A DNA stretch of 64,000 bases from a virus, in IMG/VR virus record IMGVR_UViG_3300044631_002422, positions 64,001 to 128,000 of that record. One strand, given 5' to 3'. The translations under genes were made by a program, and so were the position numbers. This document shows, one piece after another, positions 27,670-37,437 of the stretch (the first letter of the stretch is position 1; each line of letters opens with the position of its first letter). The notes beneath the pieces were generated by a model. The model did no database searches and had not been told where the DNA came from. It saw only the letters and a list, made by a program, of their open reading frames with translations.

Positions 27670-29126
27670 AAAATAAACTAGAAGACTTAGCTTCAGAAAG
27701 AGCCGTTCTGGCAGCACTTTGCCAACACGGTCTTGATGCATATCTAGATATAGATTTTATTGATTCTAGATCATTTACAGACCCCATGAATCAATTGATA
27801 TTTGATTGTATTTATAAGTCAATTTCTGAAAATACTCAAGTCGAACTATCGTCCATTCTTTCGGCAGCGAATAATCTTGGCGTTGCGGATCAAATAAACA
27901 ACAAAGATGAAATAGCATTTATAAGATCTTTGTTTAATTTTCCAATACACAAATCAAATATTGGAACATACGCTACAAAAATAGCCAAGCTCAAATTGGC
28001 TAGAGATTTACTGAAAACCCTTCGAGCTTGTGAAACTGAACTTAATTCAGTGACAGGCGAAGAAGATATTATTGATATTATATCTAAAATAGAAGAGCCT
28101 CTACTTGACGCAACTAGCGATATATACCAATCATCAAGCAAAAAAACACAAACTCTTGGCGAGGGATTAGATGAATACTTAGAATATCTTTCAAATAACG
28201 TATCTGATTTTGTTGGAATATCTAGCGGTTTTCCAGCTTATGATGCTGCGATTGGCGGAGGTCTTCGTAGAAAATCTGTTGATCTTGTCGCCGCAAGACC
28301 AAAAGTAGGCAAATCAATGTTTGGTGATGCGGTCGCTTTGCATGTAGCCAGCAAGTTGAATGTACCTGTTTTAGTTCTTGATACAGAAATGTCTAAAGAA
28401 GATCATTATAATAGAATTCTCGCGAACTTGTCTGGTGTTGAAATCAATAGAATTTCTACTGGAAAGTTTACTGAAAATGAAATAGATAAAGAGAAGGTAT
28501 TTAACGCTGCAAAAAAACTAAAAGAAATACCATATCATTATATTAGTATTTCTGGAGAGTCTTTCGAGAACATACTCAGTCAAACAAGAAAATGGATTTA
28601 CCAGCATGTTGGATTTGATGAAAACGGAAAAACAAAAGATTGTTTGATAGTTTATGACTATCTCAAACTAATGGGATCGGAAGGCATTAGCGCTGCTATG
28701 CAAGAGTATCAAGTGCTTGGTTTTCAAATTACTAAACTGCATAACTTTACAGTCAAGTATGATGTTCCATGTTTAGCTTTTGTACAATTGAATAGAGATG
28801 GTATCACTAAAGAAAGCACAGACGCTGTTTCTGGTTCGGATCGTTTGATTTGGCTTTGTACTAGTTTTTCAATTTTTAAATTGAAATCAGATGAAGAAAA
28901 AGCAACCGATGGTGTAAACAATGGTGACAGAAAACTTGTACCAGTTGTTTCTAGACATGGCGAAGGGTTGTGTGATGGTGATTATATTAGTATGAAGATG
29001 CATGGTCGTTACGGAAGAATTGAACAGGGTTTAACGAGAAATGAAATTCACGAAAACAATAAAGTCAGACAAGAAGGTTTTGAAACAGACAACATTAACG
29101 AAGGAGAAGATCTCATCGTTATGTGA
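27654..29126 (+). CDS. dnaB: replicative DNA helicase
   Basis: SERAVLAAL, GISSGF..YD..IGG, ARPKVGKS, DTEMS, VYDYLKLM, VQLNR, SRHG. Confidence 0.95.
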   Translation: MPKKVENKLEDLASERAVLAALCQHGLDAYLDIDFIDSRSFTDPMNQLIFDCIYKSISENTQVELSSILSAANNLGVADQINNKDEIAFIRSLFNFPIHKSNIGTYATKIAKLKLARDLLKTLRACETELNSVTGEEDIIDIISKIEEPLLDATSDIYQSSSKKTQTLGEGLDEYLEYLSNNVSDFVGISSGFPAYDAAIGGGLRRKSVDLVAARPKVGKSMFGDAVALHVASKLNVPVLVLDTEMSKEDHYNRILANLSGVEINRISTGKFTENEIDKEKVFNAAKKLKEIPYHYISISGESFENILSQTRKWIYQHVGFDENGKTKDCLIVYDYLKLMGSEGISAAMQEYQVLGFQITKLHNFTVKYDVPCLAFVQLNRDGITKESTDAVSGSDRLIWLCTSFSIFKLKSDEEKATDGVNNGDRKLVPVVSRHGEGLCDGDYISMKMHGRYGRIEQGLTRNEIHENNKVRQEGFETDNINEGEDLIVM

Positions 29127-30123
29127 TGAAGTCTTTTTGAAGATTGATGATTTATTAGAAAAGCTTGAAATTGACTATGTTAAATACCCAAATAGACTAG
29201 CGTTTCCATGTCCAGTGCATGGAGGCGATAATCCAGAGGCTTGTTGTATTTTTACTGATGGAATTAGTAATCAGGGTAATTGGGCTTGTTGGACTCATTC
29301 CTGCCATGAAGAATATGTAAATAATCTTTTTGGTTTTGTTCGGGGTTGTTTATCATACAAACAAAACAAACCAGTTTCCATGATTGAAACATCTAATTTT
29401 TTATGCGACTTTATATCGAAAGATATCGACGAATTGGAAGTTAAGCAAGTAAGAGAATCTAAGAGTCTTGATATTTTCAATAGAAAAATAACGAGAGCTA
29501 CATCTAACATTTCTCGCGAAGAAATAAGAGATAGAATACAAATACCTTCTGAATATTACATTCGCAGAGGATACTCGTCTGAAATTCTTAATTTATTTGA
29601 CGTTGGAGAATGTTTGACAGAAAATCAGCCAATGAGTGGTCGTGTAGTCGTTCCAATTTATGACGAGGGCTCTAACTATGTAGGATGCGTTGGAAGATCA
29701 ATCAAAGAGCATATAAATCCAAAATGGCTACATAGTAAAAACTTCACTAAGAATGTTTTGTATGGAATGAATCTTGCAAAAGAATGTATATTGAAAACAA
29801 GAACGGTCGCAATTGTCGAAGGACAGGGCGATGTATGGAGGGCGTTTGAAGCTGGATTAAACTTTACTGTAGGAATATTTGGATGTAGTTTAAATGACGA
29901 TCAATTGATATTACTAGAGCAAAGTGGAGCTTTAAATGCCATAATACTAACAGATCAAGACGAAGCAGGAAATAAAGCGGCAGAGCAAATAATGCATAAA
30001 TGCGGTCGTAGATTTAACTATATAAGACCAAACTGGTCAACAAAAGATATTGGTGATTTAACAGTCGAACAAATTAAAACAGAAATATATCCTCAGTTGA
30101 AAGGACTTGTTGATGAAAACTAG
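29041..30123 (+). CDS. dnaG: DNA primase
   Basis: Zn finger CPVHGGDN...WACWTHSC; TOPRIM IVEGQGD and TDQDEAG; KDIGD. Confidence 0.92.
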   Translation: MKFTKTIKSDKKVLKQTTLTKEKISSLCDEVFLKIDDLLEKLEIDYVKYPNRLAFPCPVHGGDNPEACCIFTDGISNQGNWACWTHSCHEEYVNNLFGFVRGCLSYKQNKPVSMIETSNFLCDFISKDIDELEVKQVRESKSLDIFNRKITRATSNISREEIRDRIQIPSEYYIRRGYSSEILNLFDVGECLTENQPMSGRVVVPIYDEGSNYVGCVGRSIKEHINPKWLHSKNFTKNVLYGMNLAKECILKTRTVAIVEGQGDVWRAFEAGLNFTVGIFGCSLNDDQLILLEQSGALNAIILTDQDEAGNKAAEQIMHKCGRRFNYIRPNWSTKDIGDLTVEQIKTEIYPQLKGLVDEN

Positions 30124-31009
30124 AATTTTGGCATTTGCTGGAGCTAAACAAGCTGGCAAATCTACTTTTTCAAATTTTTTACATGGGTATCAGCTTCGCG
30201 CACAAGAAGTGGTACAAGATTTTGCAATTGCTGAAAATGGCAAACTTGTGGTTAAAACGGAAGTCATTGAAGATGGAAAAACTCAAATTGGCGAAACATT
30301 TCTAGATACATCAAGAAAAGACCCTGATTTCGTAGAGTGGGCAATGTATAATATGTGGCCATTTGTAAAAAAGTATTCGTTTGCCGATACATTAAAAGAA
30401 ATTGGTATGACGTTGTTCGATTTGAGTTACGAGCAGGTTTACGGCTCGGAGGCGTACAAAAATCAATTAGTTGAACATCTTCGATGGGAAAATATGCCCG
30501 GAGTTCTCACGGATGAACTTTGTGATATTTATCAGGATGTGTGTAGTGCAAATGCAAATCCTAAAGATTGGCCCTTGGAATACTCTAAACTAACTTATCA
30601 CGCCGCAGGCCCAATGACAGTGCGTGAATTCCTCCAGTTTTTTGGAACGGAAGTATGTCGTAAGATTTACTCGCCAATATGGGTAAATCGAACCATCAAA
30701 GATATACAGCAAGAAGAGCCTTTGCTTGCAGTTGTGGATGACTGTAGATTTGAAAACGAGATACGGGCCATACAAAAAGCTGGCGGAAAAGTTATCGGTT
30801 TAACACGCAAGCCGTCTAAAGATGATCATGGAAGCGAACGTGTTATTGAGCAACATTCTGATATATTAGATGCTATTATCGATAACCAAAACATGGAAAT
30901 TCTAGATGTTTGCAAATCTATCATTACTCAATTGGATGAGTGGGGTTGGCTTGGAGCGCAAACAATTACAAACAATACAAAAGGACTTCACACCATAAAG
31001 GGTAAATAA
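30113..31009 (+). CDS. deoxynucleoside monophosphate kinase
   Basis: GAKQAGKST, SFADTLKE, REFLQFFGTEVCRK, DDCRFENE, HGSE. Confidence 0.9.
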   Translation: MKTRILAFAGAKQAGKSTFSNFLHGYQLRAQEVVQDFAIAENGKLVVKTEVIEDGKTQIGETFLDTSRKDPDFVEWAMYNMWPFVKKYSFADTLKEIGMTLFDLSYEQVYGSEAYKNQLVEHLRWENMPGVLTDELCDIYQDVCSANANPKDWPLEYSKLTYHAAGPMTVREFLQFFGTEVCRKIYSPIWVNRTIKDIQQEEPLLAVVDDCRFENEIRAIQKAGGKVIGLTRKPSKDDHGSERVIEQHSDILDAIIDNQNMEILDVCKSIITQLDEWGWLGAQTITNNTKGLHTIKGK

Positions 31010-32031
31010 TGATAGTTACATACATCAGAAGTTCTTCGTATAACAATTACGATTACTGCGAAATGCAGTATTTTATAACTTACGTTCTTGGTCATACATC
31101 GACTTCTGGTAAAAAGGCACAGCTTGGCACTATTGTCCATAAAGTTATGGAGTGCCTTGCTTCCTGCAAAAAACATCTTCAAGATAATCAAGATGAAAAA
31201 AGTTTGTTTATCAACGACGACGCTTTGGGCAAAATAAACTTTACTCCCAAAACTCTATTTACAAAAGCTTTTGTTTTTAAGTTACTTGATCAAAGCTATG
31301 AATACTATACAGCAAATTGTACTCATAAGTATATTACGGCAGATAAAAAGTTCTGTAAAGAATCAACTGATATTGCTTTGGATTACAACGGGGGTCAATT
31401 TGATCCTAGAAATAGAAACATAATTCAAGCAGAGCCTCATTTTGATATACCAATCACTCAAGAGTGGGCAAAATTTAAGTACATGATTGACGGAAAAGAA
31501 GTTGAAGGGCAATTAGCTATAAAAGGAACAATAGACCTTGTAACCAAGGTAGATGATGGTATAATCGAGGTGATAGACTGGAAGACTGGACAAAGAAAGA
31601 ACTGGGCGACTGGCGAAGAAAAAACTTACGAAAAACTAATTGATGACCCGCAATTACTTTTGTATAATTATGCAATATCTCAACTTTATCCTGAATATGA
31701 ACAAGCAATAATGTCGATATTTTTCATACGAGATGGAGGCCCATTTAGTATGTGCTTCGACAAATCTGATCATGATAGATTTTTAGAGATGCTTGAAAAA
31801 AGATTTACAGAAATCAAAAATAACACAAGGCCGAATTTATGTTCTCGTAATCGAACAAGTTTTAAATGCACAAGACTTTGTGATTTTTATAAAAAAAATT
31901 GGCCCGGAACAAATGTTTCGATGTGCGAACATGTTGAAGAACATTTAAAAACTTTTGGACACGATACTACTATAGAGAAATGCACAAGAGAAGGACATAA
32001 CATTGGATACTACCAAGCTCCCGGAGGTTAA
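31009..32031 (+). CDS. PD-(D/E)xK exonuclease (RecB/Cas4-like, probable Fe-S)
   Basis: SSYNNYDYC, GTIVHKVME, KGTIDLV, VIDWKTG, QLLLY, C-terminal C..CTRLC. Confidence 0.88.
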   Translation: MIVTYIRSSSYNNYDYCEMQYFITYVLGHTSTSGKKAQLGTIVHKVMECLASCKKHLQDNQDEKSLFINDDALGKINFTPKTLFTKAFVFKLLDQSYEYYTANCTHKYITADKKFCKESTDIALDYNGGQFDPRNRNIIQAEPHFDIPITQEWAKFKYMIDGKEVEGQLAIKGTIDLVTKVDDGIIEVIDWKTGQRKNWATGEEKTYEKLIDDPQLLLYNYAISQLYPEYEQAIMSIFFIRDGGPFSMCFDKSDHDRFLEMLEKRFTEIKNNTRPNLCSRNRTSFKCTRLCDFYKKNWPGTNVSMCEHVEEHLKTFGHDTTIEKCTREGHNIGYYQAPGG

Positions 32032-32779
32032 AATAGTTCTTTTAACTGAGTTTTATAAGTCAAAATTCGAAGAAAGAAACAAAGAGTTGCTGGACTCTTT
32101 GCAAAGAAATATTGATTGTGAACATATCAAAAAAATTGTTTTGTTTTATGAAAATAGTCTAGACGAATATCCAGATATAGCATTCAGCCCAAAGATTGAA
32201 ATTGCTTATACAAAATCAAGAATGAAGTTTGCAGACTATTTTAATTACTACAATAGTAACCTATCTGGACATATTTGCATAATTGCCAACAGTGATATCT
32301 ACTTTGATGATTCAATAAAACATATTCACAACATCAGAGAAAATGAATTTTTATGTATAACCAGATGGAATCGAAATGAGCTTCAGGGACATGACGAATA
32401 TAGTCAAGATGTGTGGGTTTTTAGAAAACTAATACCGCAAAAAATGGTTGATTGTTCAGGTTTTTACCTTGGCAAACAGCAATGCGATAATAGAATATCT
32501 TTTGTGGCGATGAAGAATGGATTTGATTTAATTAATCCGTGCCATTTAGTCAAATGTCAACATCTACATAAAGACCCAGATAAAATCACTTACAACAAAA
32601 AAGAGAACTTTAAAAATTTACTATATTTGTCAACGGTTAAACCGTCTGATAAAATTGAATATACCGAGAATAATGTTTGTTCATATTGGGCAGATTCTGG
32701 TGGAACTAGGTATTGCGGATCATGGTATGTTAACTTTTGCAGGAATGAATTAAATGACTTGGAATCCAATCAATTGTAA
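32003..32779 (+). CDS. putative GT-A fold glycosyltransferase
   Basis: ERNKELLDSL..N, IIANSDIYFD, SQDVWVF, LGKQQCDNRI, NPC...HLH. Confidence 0.65.
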   Translation: MDTTKLPEVKIVLLTEFYKSKFEERNKELLDSLQRNIDCEHIKKIVLFYENSLDEYPDIAFSPKIEIAYTKSRMKFADYFNYYNSNLSGHICIIANSDIYFDDSIKHIHNIRENEFLCITRWNRNELQGHDEYSQDVWVFRKLIPQKMVDCSGFYLGKQQCDNRISFVAMKNGFDLINPCHLVKCQHLHKDPDKITYNKKENFKNLLYLSTVKPSDKIEYTENNVCSYWADSGGTRYCGSWYVNFCRNELNDLESNQL

Positions 32780-34331
32780 AACACATTTTAGCTTGCAGCA
32801 CGGTTTTTGCAAACCTGATAAACTTTCTAAAAAATGCGCTGATTATGGTTACACATCTTGCGGAATCGCAGATTTTGGAACCTTGTCTGGTGCAGTTGAC
32901 TTTCATCAAAATTGCACTAAATATGGTATCAAGCCAATAATTGGGTGCGAATTTGATGGATACATTCTTTATGCTAAAAACAAAAACGGATGGTTTGACT
33001 TGGTTAAATATGTATCAAACCAAACACTGGATGTTTTAAAAGAAATAGCAAAAAATGGAAATGTACTTTGTGTAACACCATCTGTAAACGGTTTTGCTAA
33101 TCTATTTAAATCAAACCATATTCAACTAGATTATCCAAGTGAAGCTATCTATTATGTGGAAAAAAATGATGCAGATTGTCATAGAATTATGCTTTGTGGT
33201 AAGCTAAAAACAACACTAAAGAAAATTAAATTACTGGAAGTAAACGAGTACAGCCAGTTTTTTGATGATAATGACAGATGGTATTTACCATCCAATGATG
33301 AAATTCTAGACAGGTCTAAAAATATCGCTAAAATAGTTGACGCTTGCGAAGCTTACGAGCTTGCTGGACCTCCTATGCTTCCTGCTTTTGAATGTCCAAC
33401 TGGCTATGATGAAGACGAGTATTTGACTGAACTTTGTAGAAGTGGCTGGAAAAATAAATTAGTTCCATTCAAAAAAATATCAACAGAAGAACAAAAGAGT
33501 ATTTACGCAGAAAGAGTAAAGCATGAACTTAAGGTTATATTCAAGGCTAAACTTTCTGGTTATTTCTTGATTGTTCAAGATATCATTCGATGGGTTAAAT
33601 CAAAAGGTTGGCTTGCTGGTCCGGGACGAGGCAGTGCCGCAGGATGCCTTATTTCTTATCTACTTGATATAACTGAAGTAGATCCAATAGAATATGATTT
33701 GATCTTCGAAAGGTTTTATAATGAAGGAAGAAACACCGATGGTAACGTGGCTATTCCAGATATTGATATGGATATACCAGCCGAACACCGCGACGAAGTT
33801 ATTGATTATATCAAACAAAAATATGGAGCGTCTAACGTATCTCAAATGATAACATTTGGAAGACTGCAAGGCAGAGCGGCCATAAAAGAAGTTCTTAGAA
33901 TCAATGAGGCTGTGTCATTCGCAGAAATGAATGCTATAACAGATAGTATTCCTGACGAAGCTAAAATTTCTGACCAGTTAGAGCTTATGGAAGAAAAGTC
34001 AATCATCAAGTGGGCGTTAGAAAATGAACCAGATAATTTAAGGAATTGGTGCTTCTATAATGACAATGAAAAGCTTGATGGTCCTTTGGCGAATTTGTTT
34101 GAACAAGCTATAAAAATAGAAGGAACAAATAAGTCTCAAGGTAAACACCCTGCTGGTGTTATTATATCGAAACACAAGCTAAATGAAGTTTGTCCAATGA
34201 CAAGTGATAAGTCTGGAGATTCTATTGTTGCTTTTGAAATGAATGCTTTGGAATACCAAGGCCATATAAAATTTGATGTTCTGGGAATTGATTTACTTTC
34301 TAAGATAATGGAGATTTGTGAAAATGACTGA
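32754..34331 (+). CDS. dnaE: DNA polymerase III alpha, piece 1 (PHP + palm/thumb)
   Basis: HFSL..G, IKPIIGCE, YFLIVQDI, GPGRGSAAGCLISYLLDIT, FERF, PDIDMD, GKHPAGVII, ends KFDVLGIDLLSKI. Confidence 0.95.
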   Translation: MTWNPINCKTHFSLQHGFCKPDKLSKKCADYGYTSCGIADFGTLSGAVDFHQNCTKYGIKPIIGCEFDGYILYAKNKNGWFDLVKYVSNQTLDVLKEIAKNGNVLCVTPSVNGFANLFKSNHIQLDYPSEAIYYVEKNDADCHRIMLCGKLKTTLKKIKLLEVNEYSQFFDDNDRWYLPSNDEILDRSKNIAKIVDACEAYELAGPPMLPAFECPTGYDEDEYLTELCRSGWKNKLVPFKKISTEEQKSIYAERVKHELKVIFKAKLSGYFLIVQDIIRWVKSKGWLAGPGRGSAAGCLISYLLDITEVDPIEYDLIFERFYNEGRNTDGNVAIPDIDMDIPAEHRDEVIDYIKQKYGASNVSQMITFGRLQGRAAIKEVLRINEAVSFAEMNAITDSIPDEAKISDQLELMEEKSIIKWALENEPDNLRNWCFYNDNEKLDGPLANLFEQAIKIEGTNKSQGKHPAGVIISKHKLNEVCPMTSDKSGDSIVAFEMNALEYQGHIKFDVLGIDLLSKIMEICEND

Positions 34332-34554
34332 CAATCGAGACGTTTATAAGGCTGTAATTTTTGACGGTGCTATCATAGAATCAAACGGAGTGTCTTTGTG
34401 CAACCTTGAAGATGCTATGCGAGGAAATTCTTTTATACCGCGAGCAAAGTACCAAGTGTGGTCAGATCGGCACAAGTTTCATGAGTTGTTCTTTAGTATT
34501 GATGAAGCTGTAGAAAAATTCTTAGAACTCAAGTCTAGAAAGAATTGGAACTAA
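34324..34554 (+). CDS. hypothetical protein
   Basis: ORF overlapping the stop of dnaE piece 1. Confidence 0.65.
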   Translation: MTDNRDVYKAVIFDGAIIESNGVSLCNLEDAMRGNSFIPRAKYQVWSDRHKFHELFFSIDEAVEKFLELKSRKNWN

Positions 34555-34555
34555 T

Positions 34556-34978
34556 ATGGAAATAGAAGTTTCTAATGGTGAAGTAATTGACAAATTAACT
34601 ATTTTGAATATAAAGTCTGAGAAAATTAAAGATCAAGAAAAACTTGAGAATATCCATCGCGAATTGCATTTTCTAAGGATGAAGTCTACCGAGTGGTGGA
34701 GTTATTGGGAAAAAGAGATACTTCCTTTATTTGATAGTTTACTATCGGTTAATCGGCAACTTTGGGATATTGAAGATAAAATACGCGAGCTAGATAATGA
34801 GGTATTTCTACCACGTTTAGATGCTGCTATACAATCTGTATACCGTTTTTCTAAAGTTTGTGAATATATAGAGTGCGCAAGAATGGTTTATACGTTGAAT
34901 GATAAACGATCTAAAATCAAACGCGAAATCAATGAAATTACCAAGTCTGGAATAATAGAAGAAAAATCTCATTTTTAG
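34556..34978 (+). CDS. DUF6165-like protein
   Basis: EVSNGEVIDKLTILNIK...VNRQLWDIEDKIR...ARMVY.LNDKRSKIKREIN...EEK. Confidence 0.8.
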   Translation: MEIEVSNGEVIDKLTILNIKSEKIKDQEKLENIHRELHFLRMKSTEWWSYWEKEILPLFDSLLSVNRQLWDIEDKIRELDNEVFLPRLDAAIQSVYRFSKVCEYIECARMVYTLNDKRSKIKREINEITKSGIIEEKSHF

Positions 34979-34988
34979 AAAGATTTAT

Positions 34989-35675
34989 ATGAATCATCGG
35001 GATATAATCGTGTTTGATTTTGAAACGACTGGCAGGAATCCATTAAAGTGTCAACCAACACAAATTGCCGCTGTAGCTATACATGCTAGAAAGTTGACAA
35101 TACAACCCGGAGGAGTTTTTGAAAGTAATATACGTTGCATAGTAGATGACGAAAAGGCTATAGCGGCTGGTTTTGACCCAGTAGAAGAAGGCGCTCTTGA
35201 AGTTACTAGAAAAACAAGAGATCAAATATCTAAAGGACCATCGCCAAAAGTAGTATGGCAAAAGTTCACCCAGTTTTGCGAAAAATTTAACTTCAACAAG
35301 ACCTCATTTTCTGCCCCAATAGCGGCTGGTTATAATATCAATAGTTATGATATGCCGATTGTACAAAGAATGTGTGAAATGTATGGTCCTGTAGATGAAA
35401 AAACTGGCCGTCAAAAAATATTCAATCCTATCTTTTCAATGGATCTTATGCAGCACATTTACTGCTGGTTTGAAAACAATGCCGATGTTAAAGGTTACAG
35501 CATGGACTATCTAAGAGACTATCTTGGAATGTCAAGCGAAAAATCACACGATGCATTGCAGGACGTTAAAGATACAGCTAATATACTAATAAGGTTTCTG
35601 GTTATGCAAAGAAACCTTTCGAAGAAAATTAAATTTGAGAAAGCTTTTGCGAATGGCGATCTTCACATAAAATAG
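34989..35675 (+). CDS. dnaQ: DEDDh 3'-5' exonuclease (DnaQ/epsilon-like)
   Basis: ExoI FDFETTG, ExoII AGYNINSYD, ExoIII HDALQD. Confidence 0.9.
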   Translation: MNHRDIIVFDFETTGRNPLKCQPTQIAAVAIHARKLTIQPGGVFESNIRCIVDDEKAIAAGFDPVEEGALEVTRKTRDQISKGPSPKVVWQKFTQFCEKFNFNKTSFSAPIAAGYNINSYDMPIVQRMCEMYGPVDEKTGRQKIFNPIFSMDLMQHIYCWFENNADVKGYSMDYLRDYLGMSSEKSHDALQDVKDTANILIRFLVMQRNLSKKIKFEKAFANGDLHIK

Positions 35676-35683
35676 GAATCCGA

Positions 35684-36502
35684 ATGTTTGATATTAATAA
35701 TTTTGACGACTCCAAAGTTTGGGACTTGATTTGCGAAGGAGATACTAAAGGTATTTTTCAGCTTGAATCAAATCTTGGTAGGTATTGGGCAAAAGAAACT
35801 AAGCCGCGCAATATAAAAGAATTAGCGGCTTTGATTAGTCTTATTCGTCCCGGAACTCTGCTTGCTAGAGATGCAAATGGTAAAAGCATGACTCAGGTTT
35901 ATGCTGATCGTAAGAATGGTAAACCCAATTCGCCGGTAGAATATCTGCACGATTCTTTGGAGCCAATACTCAAAGAAACATACGGCGTTTTGGTTTATCA
36001 AGAACAATCTATGATGATCGCGCAAAAACTGGCAGGTTTCGATTTGAAAGAAGCTGACGCACTCAGAAAGGCTATTGGAAAAAAGAAAGCCGATCTCATG
36101 GAGAAAGTAAAGAAAGCTTTTCTAGAAGGCGCGGCTAGTCAAGGAATCATTACTAAGGAAATTGCAGAGGAATTGTTTTCTTGGATTGAAAAATCTAACC
36201 GTTATGCATTCAATAAATGCTTGTCTCCCAAAACTATTGTAATCACAGAAAATGGAGAAAAGTGTTTAGATGAATTAAATATAGGCGATAAAGTTCTTGC
36301 TCCTAAAAATTTGAACGAAGATGAATTTGTTGAAGTTATAGATATAATTGATAATGGAATAAAAGAAGTTGTTGAAATAACTATGGAAGATGGTAAAAAA
36401 ATTATATGCACATTAGACCATAAATTCCTTTGTTCCGATGGAAAAGTTCATAAATTGATAGAAATTTTAGAGCAGAATTTGGAAATAATGTGTATAGATT
36501 AG
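35684..36502 (+). CDS. dnaE: DNA polymerase III alpha, piece 2 (fingers) fused to split intein N-half
   Basis: DDSKVWDLI..GDTKGIFQLES, LIRPG, ETYGVLVYQEQ, ADALRKAIGKK, YAFNK, then CLSPKT intein start. Confidence 0.95.
   Translation: MFDINNFDDSKVWDLICEGDTKGIFQLESNLGRYWAKETKPRNIKELAALISLIRPGTLLARDANGKSMTQVYADRKNGKPNSPVEYLHDSLEPILKETYGVLVYQEQSMMIAQKLAGFDLKEADALRKAIGKKKADLMEKVKKAFLEGAASQGIITKEIAEELFSWIEKSNRYAFNKCLSPKTIVITENGEKCLDELNIGDKVLAPKNLNEDEFVEVIDIIDNGIKEVVEITMEDGKKIICTLDHKFLCSDGKVHKLIEILEQNLEIMCID
36218..36499 (+). mobile_element. split intein N-fragment (94 aa)
   Basis: Block A CLSPKTIV; block B ICTLDHKF; acidic; followed by TAG stop. Confidence 0.92.
36489..36498 (+). promoter_or_regulatory. 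late-promoter-like motif upstream of the homing endonuclease
   Basis: TGTGTATAGA within the last IntN codons; first 9 nt match the motif at 11108. Confidence 0.4.
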
Positions 36503-36531
36503 TATGAGATTTATTAACAGGAGTCATACTA

Positions 36532-37437
36532 ATGAGTATAAAAAAAGAAGATTGGCATATATGCAAAATGTGCAATAAAAAAATTAAAGATCTATCTAAA
36601 GAGCTTGGCGGCAGCGGTATATACAGCACAGAAGTATTTGCCAAACATTTAAATCAATTTCATAAAATTACTCCAGAAGATTACTTTGAAAAAATATCGA
36701 ATAGACCAAAATGTTCATGTGGAATATGTGACTCAAATGTCGATTTAACTTGGAAAGGCAAAACCAATTTCAACTGGAGACAATATAAATGCGGAAGAAA
36801 TGAAGGTGTTAAAAAATGGAGCGAAGAAGCAAAGAAAACTAGATCCGGTAAAAATAATCCAATGTATAATAAAATACCTTGGAATAAAGACAAAACCAAA
36901 GATAACTCAGAATCTCTAAAAATTGTTTCTCAAAAAATGAGTGGACGAAGCGTGTCTGAAGAGATTAGGCAAAAACAATCAAAATCAGCTAAATCTCGTT
37001 TGAGTCATGGTCATACAGGCTTTAAACATTCCGAAGAAAGTAAAGATAAAATGCGCCAATCGACTTTATCAATGATAAAGAATGGAAGATTTAAACACAC
37101 AAAAACCAAACCGCATTTAGAATTTGCCAAGATATTGTCTGAATTAAATATTGCTTTTCAAGAAGAATATGTTATTAAATATTGGTCATTTGATTTTTTC
37201 TTGACTGATTTCCATGTATTAATAGAGGTAGATGGAGATTATTTTCATTCAAATCCAAAGTTTTATAACAAACCAAAAACCAAAACTCAAAAAATAAACT
37301 CATACAGAGATCAAAAGAAAAATGATTTTTGCGAGTCTAATGGCTACGCTTTGATTAGAATATGGGAAGACGATGTTATCAACAACAAAGAGAAAATATT
37401 ATGCAGCCTAAAAGAATTGTTCATGTTCGGACAATAG
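36532..37437 (+). CDS. free-standing homing endonuclease (Zn fingers + NUMOD3 + Vsr/DUF559-like nuclease)
   Basis: CKMC..H...H, CSCGIC, GKNNPMY..IPWNK, GFKHSEESKDKM, FDF...IEVDGDYFH...D..K......GY.LIRIWE; AGGAG RBS. Confidence 0.9.
   Translation: MSIKKEDWHICKMCNKKIKDLSKELGGSGIYSTEVFAKHLNQFHKITPEDYFEKISNRPKCSCGICDSNVDLTWKGKTNFNWRQYKCGRNEGVKKWSEEAKKTRSGKNNPMYNKIPWNKDKTKDNSESLKIVSQKMSGRSVSEEIRQKQSKSAKSRLSHGHTGFKHSEESKDKMRQSTLSMIKNGRFKHTKTKPHLEFAKILSELNIAFQEEYVIKYWSFDFFLTDFHVLIEVDGDYFHSNPKFYNKPKTKTQKINSYRDQKKNDFCESNGYALIRIWEDDVINNKEKILCSLKELFMFGQ

Noticed and set aside
31009-32031. Cas4 as part of a CRISPR system
   Set aside because: No repeat-spacer array or other cas genes in the window; the context is replication and recombination.
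34332-35683. Self-splicing intron joining dnaE pieces 1 and 2
   Set aside because: The interval is fully occupied by three ordinary ORFs with gaps of 10 nt or less; there is no room for a ribozyme core, and piece 2 has its own RBS and start.
36500-36531. Stop-codon readthrough or recoding giving one contiguous intein
   Set aside because: IntN, the endonuclease and IntC are in three different frames; TAG and TGA act as normal stops across the window, so there is no sign of an alternative code.
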